Part shown: piece by piece, positions 43,427-50,399 of the stretch
Numbering within the stretch: the first letter of the stretch is position 1
How the letters are laid out: each line of letters starts with the position of its first letter
NCBI GenBank assembly: GCA_964391555.1
Contig: CAYMMT010000006.1
Span: forward strand, 6,487 to 56,885
Direction of reading: 5' to 3'
DNA from: an uncultured Rhodobacterales bacterium
GTDB taxonomy: Bacteria > Pseudomonadota > Alphaproteobacteria > Rhodobacterales > Rhodobacteraceae
DNA length: 50,399 nucleotides
Notes under the pieces: generated by a model
Told to the model about the DNA's origin: nothing
The model's input: only the letters and a program-made list of their open reading frames with translations
Database searches by the model: none
Made by a program: the position numbers and the translations under genes

Positions 43427-44293
43427 TTAGTCGAATCCGTAGAACTTCGCCGCCGTGTCGCCAAAGACCGCCTTGTGCTGAGGCTCGGGAACGGTGGCGC
43501 GATGGGTCGCGACAAGCGTCGCGTAATCGGATGTCAGCGCATCCACCGGGAAGTTCGATCCAAACATCACCCGATCAGGTCCGAACTGGTCGAGTACGGT
43601 CTCGATGATCGGGCGCAGGCTGTCCGGGGTCCAGCCATGATCAAACATACCCAGGCCGGACAGCTTGCACCGGACCTGTGGCCGGTCAGACAGAAGACGC
43701 AGACTTGAGGCCCAGTCATCGAGCCCTTTGACCGTCCGGTCATGGGGTGATCCCGCGTGGCAAAGGGCGATCGGTACATCCTGCGCCACGTCGAGCACGC
43801 GTGCCATGCCCTCATAGAGGTCGGGGATGAGTTGCAGGTCAAAGGACAGGCCGCGGGCACCGGCCTCGCGCAGCCCGGCTGCAAATCGGGGATCTTCCAA
43901 CAGCGCGTTGGTCCCGGTGACCGCGTCTTCGCCCGGAGCGCGGCCAACGATCTGGCGGACACCTGCAACGGTCGGAAGGGTCTGGTACCGGTCAAGCTGT
44001 TCGATCAGATCGGCTGACGTGAGGTCACAGAACACGACCTGTTTCATGGGCCAGTCGCGGTTGGCATCGGCAACGGATTGGACCCATCGCGCCTCCGCCC
44101 AAGGGTCCTCCGCTCCAACCTGAATGTGAACCGAGGCCTCGAACCCGCTGGCATCCTTGCGAAATTCATCCAGCAAGTAGTTCCGCTGAATGGGTGTCGG
44201 ATCGCCGAAAAACCTTTCCACGCCCGTGGCCATCAACCAAGGGTAATGGACCGCGTTCAAATCCCAAAGGTGGTGGTGCGCGTCGATCCTCAT
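43427..44293 (-). CDS. Amidohydrolase-2-family hydrolase (lactonase-like)
   Basis: Start MRIDAHHHLWDL is the metal-binding HxH typical of PF04909-type enzymes, with the C-terminal FGSNFPVD. ATGA overlap with the upstream gene. The longer 44701 start was rejected. Confidence 0.8.
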   Translation of the reverse strand: MRIDAHHHLWDLNAVHYPWLMATGVERFFGDPTPIQRNYLLDEFRKDASGFEASVHIQVGAEDPWAEARWVQSVADANRDWPMKQVVFCDLTSADLIEQLDRYQTLPTVAGVRQIVGRAPGEDAVTGTNALLEDPRFAAGLREAGARGLSFDLQLIPDLYEGMARVLDVAQDVPIALCHAGSPHDRTVKGLDDWASSLRLLSDRPQVRCKLSGLGMFDHGWTPDSLRPIIETVLDQFGPDRVMFGSNFPVDALTSDYATLVATHRATVPEPQHKAVFGDTAAKFYGFD

Positions 44294-45327
44294 GCTCCGA
44301 TCTCCGTCGCGCGCGCAAGGATATCGACACCTTGCGACTTCCAGAAGTGCAACAGATCGATGAAAATCCAGTTTTCCGCCAGCTTGTCGCCCTCTCGCCG
44401 GTAAATGTCGATGACCCGGAATTCGCCGGTCTGGCCTGTGCCGGGCATCCCCATGAATCCGCCGTCGTGGCGCGCGGTGAAATTCGGATAGCCAAAGAAC
44501 CCTCCGTAGTGCCCCTCCGCCAGCCGCGCGATGTGCCGTGTTCTGGTCCGGTCCGAGAATGCGGCCCGGAAGGGGCCGGAATGTTGCCTGGCATAGCGCG
44601 GGATCGTGTAGGTGGCACCGATCCCGGCCGGGCCCCACCAGAGCATTCCGGGATGCCATGTCCGGGCGAGTTCCTCTTCCAACGGCAGGCCCAGCTGCCA
44701 CTGCCCGAGGTCAGAGATCATCGCGTTGATCGCGGCCAGTGTCTTGGGCGCCTCGTCGGCCGGCTGAGGGTCGAACAACAGCCCGTCATGGGTGGCGGGG
44801 CCCGGTTGGACCAGCGAGGCCCCGGTTTGCGGCGGAAACGGGTTCTGGCCCGCCTGCTGCATCAGGTGGGGGATGTCGACGTACATCGCCGTTTCGGTGA
44901 TCTGCCCGTCAGACACCCGGTGGAACTCGCAATAACGCAGCATCGTGAGCTTGCCGGTGGGCCGAATGCCGAGCCACGGCGCATCGAAGAGGCCCATGAG
45001 GTGGCCCATGGACACGACCCAGACGGACCCGATCTCACCATCCTCCGTCGCCCCGCTGAAAAACACGTCCTGCCGCCGGGTGAGGGAAGTCAAGGACGTC
45101 ATGAGGGGCGCCCAGAACGTCCCGGCGACGGTGTCAGCCCCCTCCAATGTGTCGAAGGGCGAGAAGCCGCGCCAGAGATAATTGGCAGGGGTGATTCCCG
45201 CGAGAATTCCGGCCACGGCCCCCGGTTCGGCTCCCTCCAACGCTGCGTGGAGATTGCGCACGACTTCTTTTTCCACCTGAAAATCAGCCGATTGCGCGCC
45301 AGCATTAACCTCGTCTTGCATACGCAT
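44290..45327 (-). CDS. Tandem SnoaL-like (NTF2-fold, ester-cyclase-like) two-domain protein
   Basis: Two repeats each end in a G(I/M)xPTG(K/Q)...(enW)..D motif, as in SnoaL/ester cyclases. Start uncertain: M at 45327 or 45321, and the ORF extends to 45444. Confidence 0.65.
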   Translation of the reverse strand: MRMQDEVNAGAQSADFQVEKEVVRNLHAALEGAEPGAVAGILAGITPANYLWRGFSPFDTLEGADTVAGTFWAPLMTSLTSLTRRQDVFFSGATEDGEIGSVWVVSMGHLMGLFDAPWLGIRPTGKLTMLRYCEFHRVSDGQITETAMYVDIPHLMQQAGQNPFPPQTGASLVQPGPATHDGLLFDPQPADEAPKTLAAINAMISDLGQWQLGLPLEEELARTWHPGMLWWGPAGIGATYTIPRYARQHSGPFRAAFSDRTRTRHIARLAEGHYGGFFGYPNFTARHDGGFMGMPGTGQTGEFRVIDIYRREGDKLAENWIFIDLLHFWKSQGVDILARATEIGA

Positions 45328-45331
45328 GCAA
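45316..45331. promoter_or_regulatory. Operator-like palindrome TTGCATACGCATGCAA (site 1)
   Basis: TTGCA-N6-TGCAA dyad overlapping the predicted start codons of the SnoaL-like gene, in the divergent region with the ABC operon. Confidence 0.45.
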
Positions 45332-45370
45332 AAAATCCTTGTCCGATCCGGTGCCCTGAGGCTACCGTTC

Positions 45371-45386
45371 TTGCAAGCGTATGCAA
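45371..45386. promoter_or_regulatory. Operator-like palindrome TTGCAAGCGTATGCAA (site 2)
   Basis: A second copy of the TTGCA-N6-TGCAA dyad, 55 bp from site 1 and 44 nt upstream of the ABC ATPase start. Confidence 0.45.
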
Positions 45387-45429
45387 AACGCAGCCCGATC
45401 ACGGGGTCAACCACCGGGGAGGTGGCCAT

Positions 45430-46485
45430 ATGGCTGAAATTCAACTCAGTGCCGTGACGAAGCGGTGGGGATCGTTCATCGGCGTCGACAACTTCGACCT
45501 GACGATTGCGGACCGCGAGTTCCTTGTCCTCTTGGGGCCGTCAGGCTGCGGCAAGACAACGACGATGCGAATGATCGCGGGCCTCGAGGATCCGACCGGC
45601 GGTGAGATCAAGATCGACGGCAAAGTCGTCAACAACCTTGATCCAAAGGATCGCGACGTTGCGATGGTGTTCCAGTCCTACGCGCTTTATCCGAACCTGA
45701 ACGTCTACGAAAATATCCGCTTCCCGCTGAGGATGCGAGGCATCGACCCGTCAACCCATGACGAGAAGGTGCGCCGCGCCTCGGCGATGGTGGAGTTGGA
45801 CGATTTCCTGCACCGAAAGCCGTCGGAGTTGTCCGGCGGTCAGCGACAGCGCGTCGCGCTGGCCCGCGCCATCGTGCGGCAGCCCAACGTGTTTCTCATG
45901 GACGAACCGCTGTCGAACCTCGATGCCAAGCTTCGGGTTTCGACCCGCGCCCAGATCAAGAATCTCAGCCACGAACTGGCCGTCACCACCGTCTACGTGA
46001 CGCACGACCAGATCGAAGCCATGACGCTCGCCGATCGCGTGGTCGTGATGAAATCGGGCGTCGTCCAGCAAGTCGGCAGCCCCACGGAAATCTACGACGC
46101 CCCGGCCAATACCTTCGTGGCCAGCTTCATCGGCAACCCCGCGATGAACCTCATTGATGGCGAGGTGACGGGCGGCGTGTTTCGGGCCCAGCACGTCGAA
46201 GTTGCCGGCCTCGACGCGCCCGATGGCAAGATGACCCTCGGTTTCCGCGCCGAGGACGCCAGCGTCGCGGGCGACGGCGAAACCGGGCAGATCAATGCGC
46301 CGATCTACACGCTCGAACTTCTCGGTGACAGCACCATGGTGTCGGTTCGCATCGGCGGCGCCCTGGTTTCGGTCAAGGCAGACAAGAATTTTCGGGCCGA
46401 AATCGACGATACGGTCGGGATCGTCATCAACAAGGACCATTGCCACCTGTTCGACGGTGAAACGGGGGCGCGGCTGGGGGGATGA
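45430..46485 (+). CDS. ABC transporter ATP-binding protein (MalK/UgpC-type, carbohydrate uptake)
   Basis: Start MAEIQLSAVTKRWG. Walker A GPSGCGKTT, signature LSGGQRQRVALARA, Walker B VFLMDEPLSNLD, and a C-terminal MalK-like regulatory domain. The upstream part of ORF 44194 was rejected. Confidence 0.9.
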   Translation: MAEIQLSAVTKRWGSFIGVDNFDLTIADREFLVLLGPSGCGKTTTMRMIAGLEDPTGGEIKIDGKVVNNLDPKDRDVAMVFQSYALYPNLNVYENIRFPLRMRGIDPSTHDEKVRRASAMVELDDFLHRKPSELSGGQRQRVALARAIVRQPNVFLMDEPLSNLDAKLRVSTRAQIKNLSHELAVTTVYVTHDQIEAMTLADRVVVMKSGVVQQVGSPTEIYDAPANTFVASFIGNPAMNLIDGEVTGGVFRAQHVEVAGLDAPDGKMTLGFRAEDASVAGDGETGQINAPIYTLELLGDSTMVSVRIGGALVSVKADKNFRAEIDDTVGIVINKDHCHLFDGETGARLGG

Positions 46486-46600
46486 CCCCCCTGTAAACCC
46501 CGCGGGGCAGATCACCCCGGGGACAAAACGGGGTGCGTGTTTGCAAGGCGCACCTCACCAACAGGGAGCCCGAACAGGGACTCAAGGGAGACAAAACGAA

Positions 46601-47860
46601 ATGTTTCTGAAGAAAATCGCCATCACTGGGGCCGTGGCAAGCCTCATGGGAACCGCTGCATTTGCCGCCGGTCACGGGCCCGACTGCGGTCCGGAAGGCA
46701 AATCCATCCGCATCCTCGCAAGCGACTTCCCCGCCATTCATGCCGTCGCCGGCACCGCGGAGGAAAACTGTGCGGCTGCCGCGGCCGAGTTCGTCCGCAA
46801 TCACACGACCGAGGCGCGCGATATCATGAACGCGGCCCTGACGCCCAATCCGGCGGAGTATACCTCGGTCATCGTGGCGAACTCCACGCTTACCCAGTTG
46901 ATGAACGACGGACTGGTGCGCCCGCTGAACGATCTGGTGGACAAGTACGGCGACAACATTCCCGATAACATCAAGATCACCATCGACGGCAACGTCATGG
47001 CCATCGCCTTCATGGCGAACTCGCAGCACCTCTTTGCCCGGACCGACATCCTCGAGCAGGCCGGCGTGGAGGGGATCCCGTCGACCTACACCGAACTGAT
47101 CGCCGCTGCCGAGGCCATCCGCGCCGCCGGAATCATGGAAAACCCGATCGTCGCCAACATGCAGGTCGGCTGGAACATCGCGGAGACGTTCAACACGATC
47201 TACCTTGCTCATGGCGGTGAATTCTTCGAGCCCGGAACGGCCAAGCCCGCGATCAACTCCGAGGCCGGCATCGCCACGCTGGAGATGATGGCGAAAATCG
47301 CCGAATACGCCCATCCCGACCATCTGAGCCAGGCCTCGAACGAGACACAGGCGACCTGGGAGGCCGGACAGGCCGCGTTGGGCATCATGTGGGGGTCCCG
47401 TGGCGCAGTGATCCTCGATGACGAAGGCTCCACGCCCGAAGTGACGGGCAACACCGTTCTCGCCGCGGCGCCATCGGTCGAAGGCATCGGTGTCCCCGGC
47501 GCGACGCTCTGGTGGGACGGGTTCACCATCGCGGCCAACGTGCCCGACGATGATGCCGAGGCGACATTCGCCGCACTGGCCTCCGCGCTGACGCCCGAGA
47601 TGGTCGCGGCCAACAACGACGACGCCGTTTGGCTGCTTGACGGCTTCCAGCCGGGCGCCGCGGCCGCCGGCGTCTCCGCCACGGCGCAGGGCGGGGCAAA
47701 GCCTTACCCGATGGTCCCCCAGATGGGCCTTCTGCACAACGCGCTGGGCGCGGAGTTGTCCGACTTCATGCAGGGCAACGAAAGCGCGGAGCAGGCCCTG
47801 GCCGATGCAGAAGCCGCCTATATCACGGCGGCAACCGAAGGCGGCTTCCTGTCGGAATAG
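46601..47860 (+). CDS. ABC transporter extracellular solute-binding protein (family 1, sugar-type)
   Basis: AAGGGAG RBS and signal peptide MFLKKIAITGAVASLMGTAAFAA. 419 aa, positioned before two permease genes. Confidence 0.8.
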   Translation: MFLKKIAITGAVASLMGTAAFAAGHGPDCGPEGKSIRILASDFPAIHAVAGTAEENCAAAAAEFVRNHTTEARDIMNAALTPNPAEYTSVIVANSTLTQLMNDGLVRPLNDLVDKYGDNIPDNIKITIDGNVMAIAFMANSQHLFARTDILEQAGVEGIPSTYTELIAAAEAIRAAGIMENPIVANMQVGWNIAETFNTIYLAHGGEFFEPGTAKPAINSEAGIATLEMMAKIAEYAHPDHLSQASNETQATWEAGQAALGIMWGSRGAVILDDEGSTPEVTGNTVLAAAPSVEGIGVPGATLWWDGFTIAANVPDDDAEATFAALASALTPEMVAANNDDAVWLLDGFQPGAAAAGVSATAQGGAKPYPMVPQMGLLHNALGAELSDFMQGNESAEQALADAEAAYITAATEGGFLSE

Positions 47861-47868
47861 TATTCGTC

Positions 47869-47897
47869 GGGGCGGGGCCTTCGGGTCCCGCCCTTTC
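47869..47897 (+). terminator. Rho-independent terminator/attenuator after the binding-protein gene
   Basis: GGGCGGGGCC / GGTCCCGCCC 10-bp stem (one G-U) closed by a TTCG tetraloop, followed by TTTCT. Confidence 0.6.
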
Positions 47898-47933
47898 TGA
47901 ACCGCTCACAACAGACTCGACGGAACAGAGCAC

Positions 47934-48968
47934 ATGAAACACAAGACCTTCTTCTGGTTCATCCTGCCGACCCTGTCGGCCATGGTGCTCTTCATCGCGC
48001 TGCCGATCGTGTCGGTCCTGATCCAGTCGCTCTACGTGGAACATGAGCAAGTTCTCGTCACGGTCGAGAATTGTGGCCCGTTCGGCTGTACGGAATCGGT
48101 TGCGGTGGACCTCGATGCCACGGAGGCCATCCGGCAGGAGGCCCCGCTGGGCCAGTTCAACGGCGTCGGCACCTACACGAACCGGGCCCATCTCGCCTTT
48201 GCCGAACTGGGCGAGGCGTGGCGCACCACCGATACGTTTGGCGAATTCTGGAATCGGGTCATGAGCCTGCCGTTCTACGCGGCGCTGGCGTTCACGTTGA
48301 CCTATACCTTCGCCGTCACGCCCTTTGTCCTTGTCCTGGGTCTCGCCATCGCGGTGGGGGTCAACAACCTGCCGACGCTCTTCAAGGGTGTGACGATCTT
48401 CATGTCCCTGCTGCCGATGATGGTGCCGCCGGTTGTCGGCTCCCTGATCCTGCTGTGGATGGTGGATGCCGAAGGTATTCTGGGCGCGACCATCCAGAAC
48501 ATCTTTGGCGACGAGAACCTCTCTATCCGGGCATCCGGCCCGCTGATGTGGATCATGCTCATCGTCTACGGTATCTGGTCGTCGATCCCGTTCAGTTTCA
48601 TCGTCTTTTATGCCGGGCTGCAGACGGTCCCCGATGATACGATGGAAGCGGCCCGCATCGACGGAGCGACGAAGTGGCAGCGGCTGCGCTACGTGGTTGT
48701 CCCGCACCTGATGCCACTGGTGGTGTTCATCACGCTCATTCAGCTCATGGACAACTTCCGGGTCTTTGAGCCCATCGTCAGCTTCCAGGCCGGCGCCTAT
48801 GCCCAGTCGCTCTCGACGATTATCTACAACGACCTGCGTGAAGCCGGGAACCCGCTTTACGGCTCTGCCGGGGCGACCTCGATCCTGACGATCCTCGGCG
48901 TCGTCATCCTGTTGTCGCCGGTTCTGGTGCGCACCTACCGCGACTTCACCCGCAAATCGACGCATTGA
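47934..48968 (+). CDS. ABC transporter permease (UgpA/MalF-like)
   Basis: 344 aa with 6 TM helices. EAA-loop region DDTMEAARIDGATKWQRLRYVVVP. Confidence 0.9.
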   Translation: MKHKTFFWFILPTLSAMVLFIALPIVSVLIQSLYVEHEQVLVTVENCGPFGCTESVAVDLDATEAIRQEAPLGQFNGVGTYTNRAHLAFAELGEAWRTTDTFGEFWNRVMSLPFYAALAFTLTYTFAVTPFVLVLGLAIAVGVNNLPTLFKGVTIFMSLLPMMVPPVVGSLILLWMVDAEGILGATIQNIFGDENLSIRASGPLMWIMLIVYGIWSSIPFSFIVFYAGLQTVPDDTMEAARIDGATKWQRLRYVVVPHLMPLVVFITLIQLMDNFRVFEPIVSFQAGAYAQSLSTIIYNDLREAGNPLYGSAGATSILTILGVVILLSPVLVRTYRDFTRKSTH

Positions 48969-48980
48969 GGGGGCTGAAAC

Positions 48981-49862
48981 ATGGCGACCAAGGCAGATAG
49001 CGGCATCACCCCTCTCAAGGTCTTTTCGGTGGGCTTCGTCGTCCTCTGGCTCATCATCGCGGCGTTCCCGTTCTTCTGGACGCTCTGGGGCAGCTTCAAG
49101 GTGCAGGCGGACTTCTTCTCGCGCGCCGACTGGACCAATGCGCTCTACGGCGCCTTCACCCAGCAACAGACCGGCGGGTCCTTCACGACACAGGCCTACT
49201 ACGGCGCGTGGATTCAGGAAGAGTTCTGGCGCGCGGTTCTCAATACCGCGATCGTCGTGTTCTTCACGGTCATCATTTCGCTCACCTTCGGGACGCTGGG
49301 GGGCTATGCGCTCGCGCGGTCCGGCTTCCGCTATGCGTTCTGGCTGCTGATGCTGGCGCTTGTCTTCCGCGCCATGCCGCACATCACGCTCGTCTCGGGG
49401 TATCTCCTGCCGTTCTTCGAATGGAACGTCTGGGGTATCCTGCCCACCACGATCATTGTGCTCGTGGCCATCAACCAGCCTTTCACGCTGTGGATGCTGC
49501 ATTCGTTTTTCAAGAACATTCCCAAGGACATGGATGAAAGTGCGATGGTCGACGGCTGCAACCGCTTCCAGGCATTCTGGTACGTCATCATTCCGGTCAT
49601 GTGGCCGGGGGTGATTACCACGGGTCTGTTCTCGTTCCTGCTCGCGTACAACGATTTTGCCGTGACCGCGATGCTGCTGAGTTCCGAGAACCAGACAATG
49701 ATCCCGGCGGTGGTGAGCTTTCTTGGCACGACGCAAGAGGCGGGCAACGTGATGTTCGCCGTGGCCGCTGTTGTCTCAGCAACCGCACCGCTCTTTGTCC
49801 TGATCCTGTTCTTCCAGCGGCAGATCGTGTCAGGCCTGACGGCAGGTGCCGTGAAAGGGTGA
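48981..49862 (+). CDS. ABC transporter permease (UgpE/MalG-like)
   Basis: 293 aa with 6 TM helices. EAA-loop region DMDESAMVDGCNRFQAFWYVIIP. Confidence 0.9.
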   Translation: MATKADSGITPLKVFSVGFVVLWLIIAAFPFFWTLWGSFKVQADFFSRADWTNALYGAFTQQQTGGSFTTQAYYGAWIQEEFWRAVLNTAIVVFFTVIISLTFGTLGGYALARSGFRYAFWLLMLALVFRAMPHITLVSGYLLPFFEWNVWGILPTTIIVLVAINQPFTLWMLHSFFKNIPKDMDESAMVDGCNRFQAFWYVIIPVMWPGVITTGLFSFLLAYNDFAVTAMLLSSENQTMIPAVVSFLGTTQEAGNVMFAVAAVVSATAPLFVLILFFQRQIVSGLTAGAVKG

Positions 49863-49865
49863 GGA

Positions 49866-50399
49866 ATGAAAGGATCACGCCCCGCACAGGCGGTGCTCAG
49901 CCGCGATACGGATTTGTCAAAAACCGATGAGACCCGCGCGGTTATCGAAGGCATGGTTGATGGCCTGAATGACCACCGGATCAGCGACATCGGGGAGTTC
50001 TTTTCCGAAAGCTTCCGTTGGATGGGCAACACAGGGTGCGGTACCAAGACCGGTCTGCGCGAGTTTCAGGACAACTGGCAACGCCCGTTTCAGGCGGCCT
50101 TCTCCGACAAAGTCTGCATAGACGAGGCGCGGCTCTACATGGGCGAATGGGCGGCGGCCTTCGGCCGTCAGGAGGCGACCCATTCCGGCCCCTTCATGGG
50201 CATCAAACCCACCGGAAAGCGTATCGAAATCAGGTACATGGACTTCTGGAAAGTTGAGGACGGCAAGATCACCGACAATTGGGTGATGGTCGACTTTCCC
50301 CATGTTCTGGCCCAACTCGGCCGCGACGTCTTTGACGGTGAGGGCTGGGAGAGATTTGACCGGGGCGAGGCGATCGCGCCCCGGCCCGTGACCGAGGAC
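49866..50399 (+). CDS. SnoaL-like (NTF2-fold, ester-cyclase-like) protein, 3' end beyond the window
   Basis: Not in the ORF track because no stop codon falls within the window. My translation from ATG 49866 is MKGSRPAQAVLSRDTDLSKTDETRAVIEGMVDGLNDHRISD...GPFMGIKPTGKRIEIRYMDFWKVEDGKITDNWVMVDFPHVLAQLG. It stays open for 178 codons to the window edge. Confidence 0.7.
   Translation, partial: MKGSRPAQAVLSRDTDLSKTDETRAVIEGMVDGLNDHRISDIGEFFSESFRWMGNTGCGTKTGLREFQDNWQRPFQAAFSDKVCIDEARLYMGEWAAAFGRQEATHSGPFMGIKPTGKRIEIRYMDFWKVEDGKITDNWVMVDFPHVLAQLGRDVFDGEGWERFDRGEAIAPRPVTED

Noticed and set aside
44294-44701. Longer start for the amidohydrolase gene (ORF-track start at 44701).
   Set aside because: It would overlap the upstream SnoaL-like gene by ~400 nt and has a junk-like translation. 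MRIDAHHHLW at 44293 is the family N-terminus and gives an ATGA overlap.
44194-45429. N-terminal 412 codons of ORF 44194-46485.
   Set aside because: It is antisense to the SnoaL-like gene. The ABC ATPase N-terminus (MAEIQLSAV...) starts at 45430.
1-50399. CRISPR arrays, rRNA/tRNA genes and IS elements.
   Set aside because: I saw no regularly spaced repeat arrays, no tRNA-like cloverleaf candidates in the intergenic regions, and no transposase-like ORFs while reading the window. A dedicated tool (tRNAscan-SE, CRISPRCasFinder or ISEScan) should confirm this.

Overview
High-GC (roughly 65%) alphaproteobacterial, Rhodobacterales-like chromosomal window. It is densely coding, and most long antisense ORFs in the track are GC-driven shadows. 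I saw no tRNA, rRNA, CRISPR array, transposase or integrase.

Layout:
- 1-11.2 kb: a tricarboxylate uptake and catabolism block. It holds a TctE/TctD-like two-component pair, a TctC-like binding protein, a TctA permease with a fused TctB-like tail, an isocitrate/isopropylmalate-dehydrogenase-family enzyme, a PrpF-family isomerase, a D-2-hydroxyacid dehydrogenase and TcuA/TcuB.
- 11.4-13.5 kb: an MCP with a NIT sensor domain.
- 13.8-27.3 kb: a LysR regulator followed by an orphan catabolic cluster. The cluster encodes an alpha/beta hydrolase, an LLM oxidoreductase, an aldehyde dehydrogenase, an Asp/Glu-racemase-family protein, a TPP enzyme, an enolase-superfamily enzyme, an FAD oxidoreductase, a TRAP transporter and an SBF-like permease.
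- 27.3-30.0 kb, minus strand: a clear cobalamin riboswitch, then small ORFs, then an SLC13/DASS permease with TrkA-C domains.
- 30.1-38.3 kb, minus strand: the stand-out locus, a tightly coupled three-gene operon. Gene A is a 934-aa protein with a subtilase (S8) domain and a trypsin-like domain. Gene B is a 682-aa protein with a trypsin-like domain fused to a degenerate P-loop module. Gene C is a 1109-aa NB-ARC/Apaf-1-like STAND NTPase with a long uncharacterised C-terminal region. All three look cytosolic. I do not recognise this as a named system and propose it as a candidate novel STAND-controlled protease-cascade conflict or defence system.
- 38.6-40.8 kb: divergent from that operon across an AT-rich 270-bp spacer, a type-3-copper tyrosinase with a C-terminal extension, translationally coupled to a DUF2182-like membrane protein. 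This raises a speculative prophenoloxidase-like, protease-activated oxidase scenario.
- 41.1-50.4 kb: a hybrid histidine kinase, an amidohydrolase-2 lactonase-like gene, SnoaL-like proteins and a sugar-type ABC transporter.

All calls come from reading motifs in the translated ORFs and the DNA. No database search was possible.
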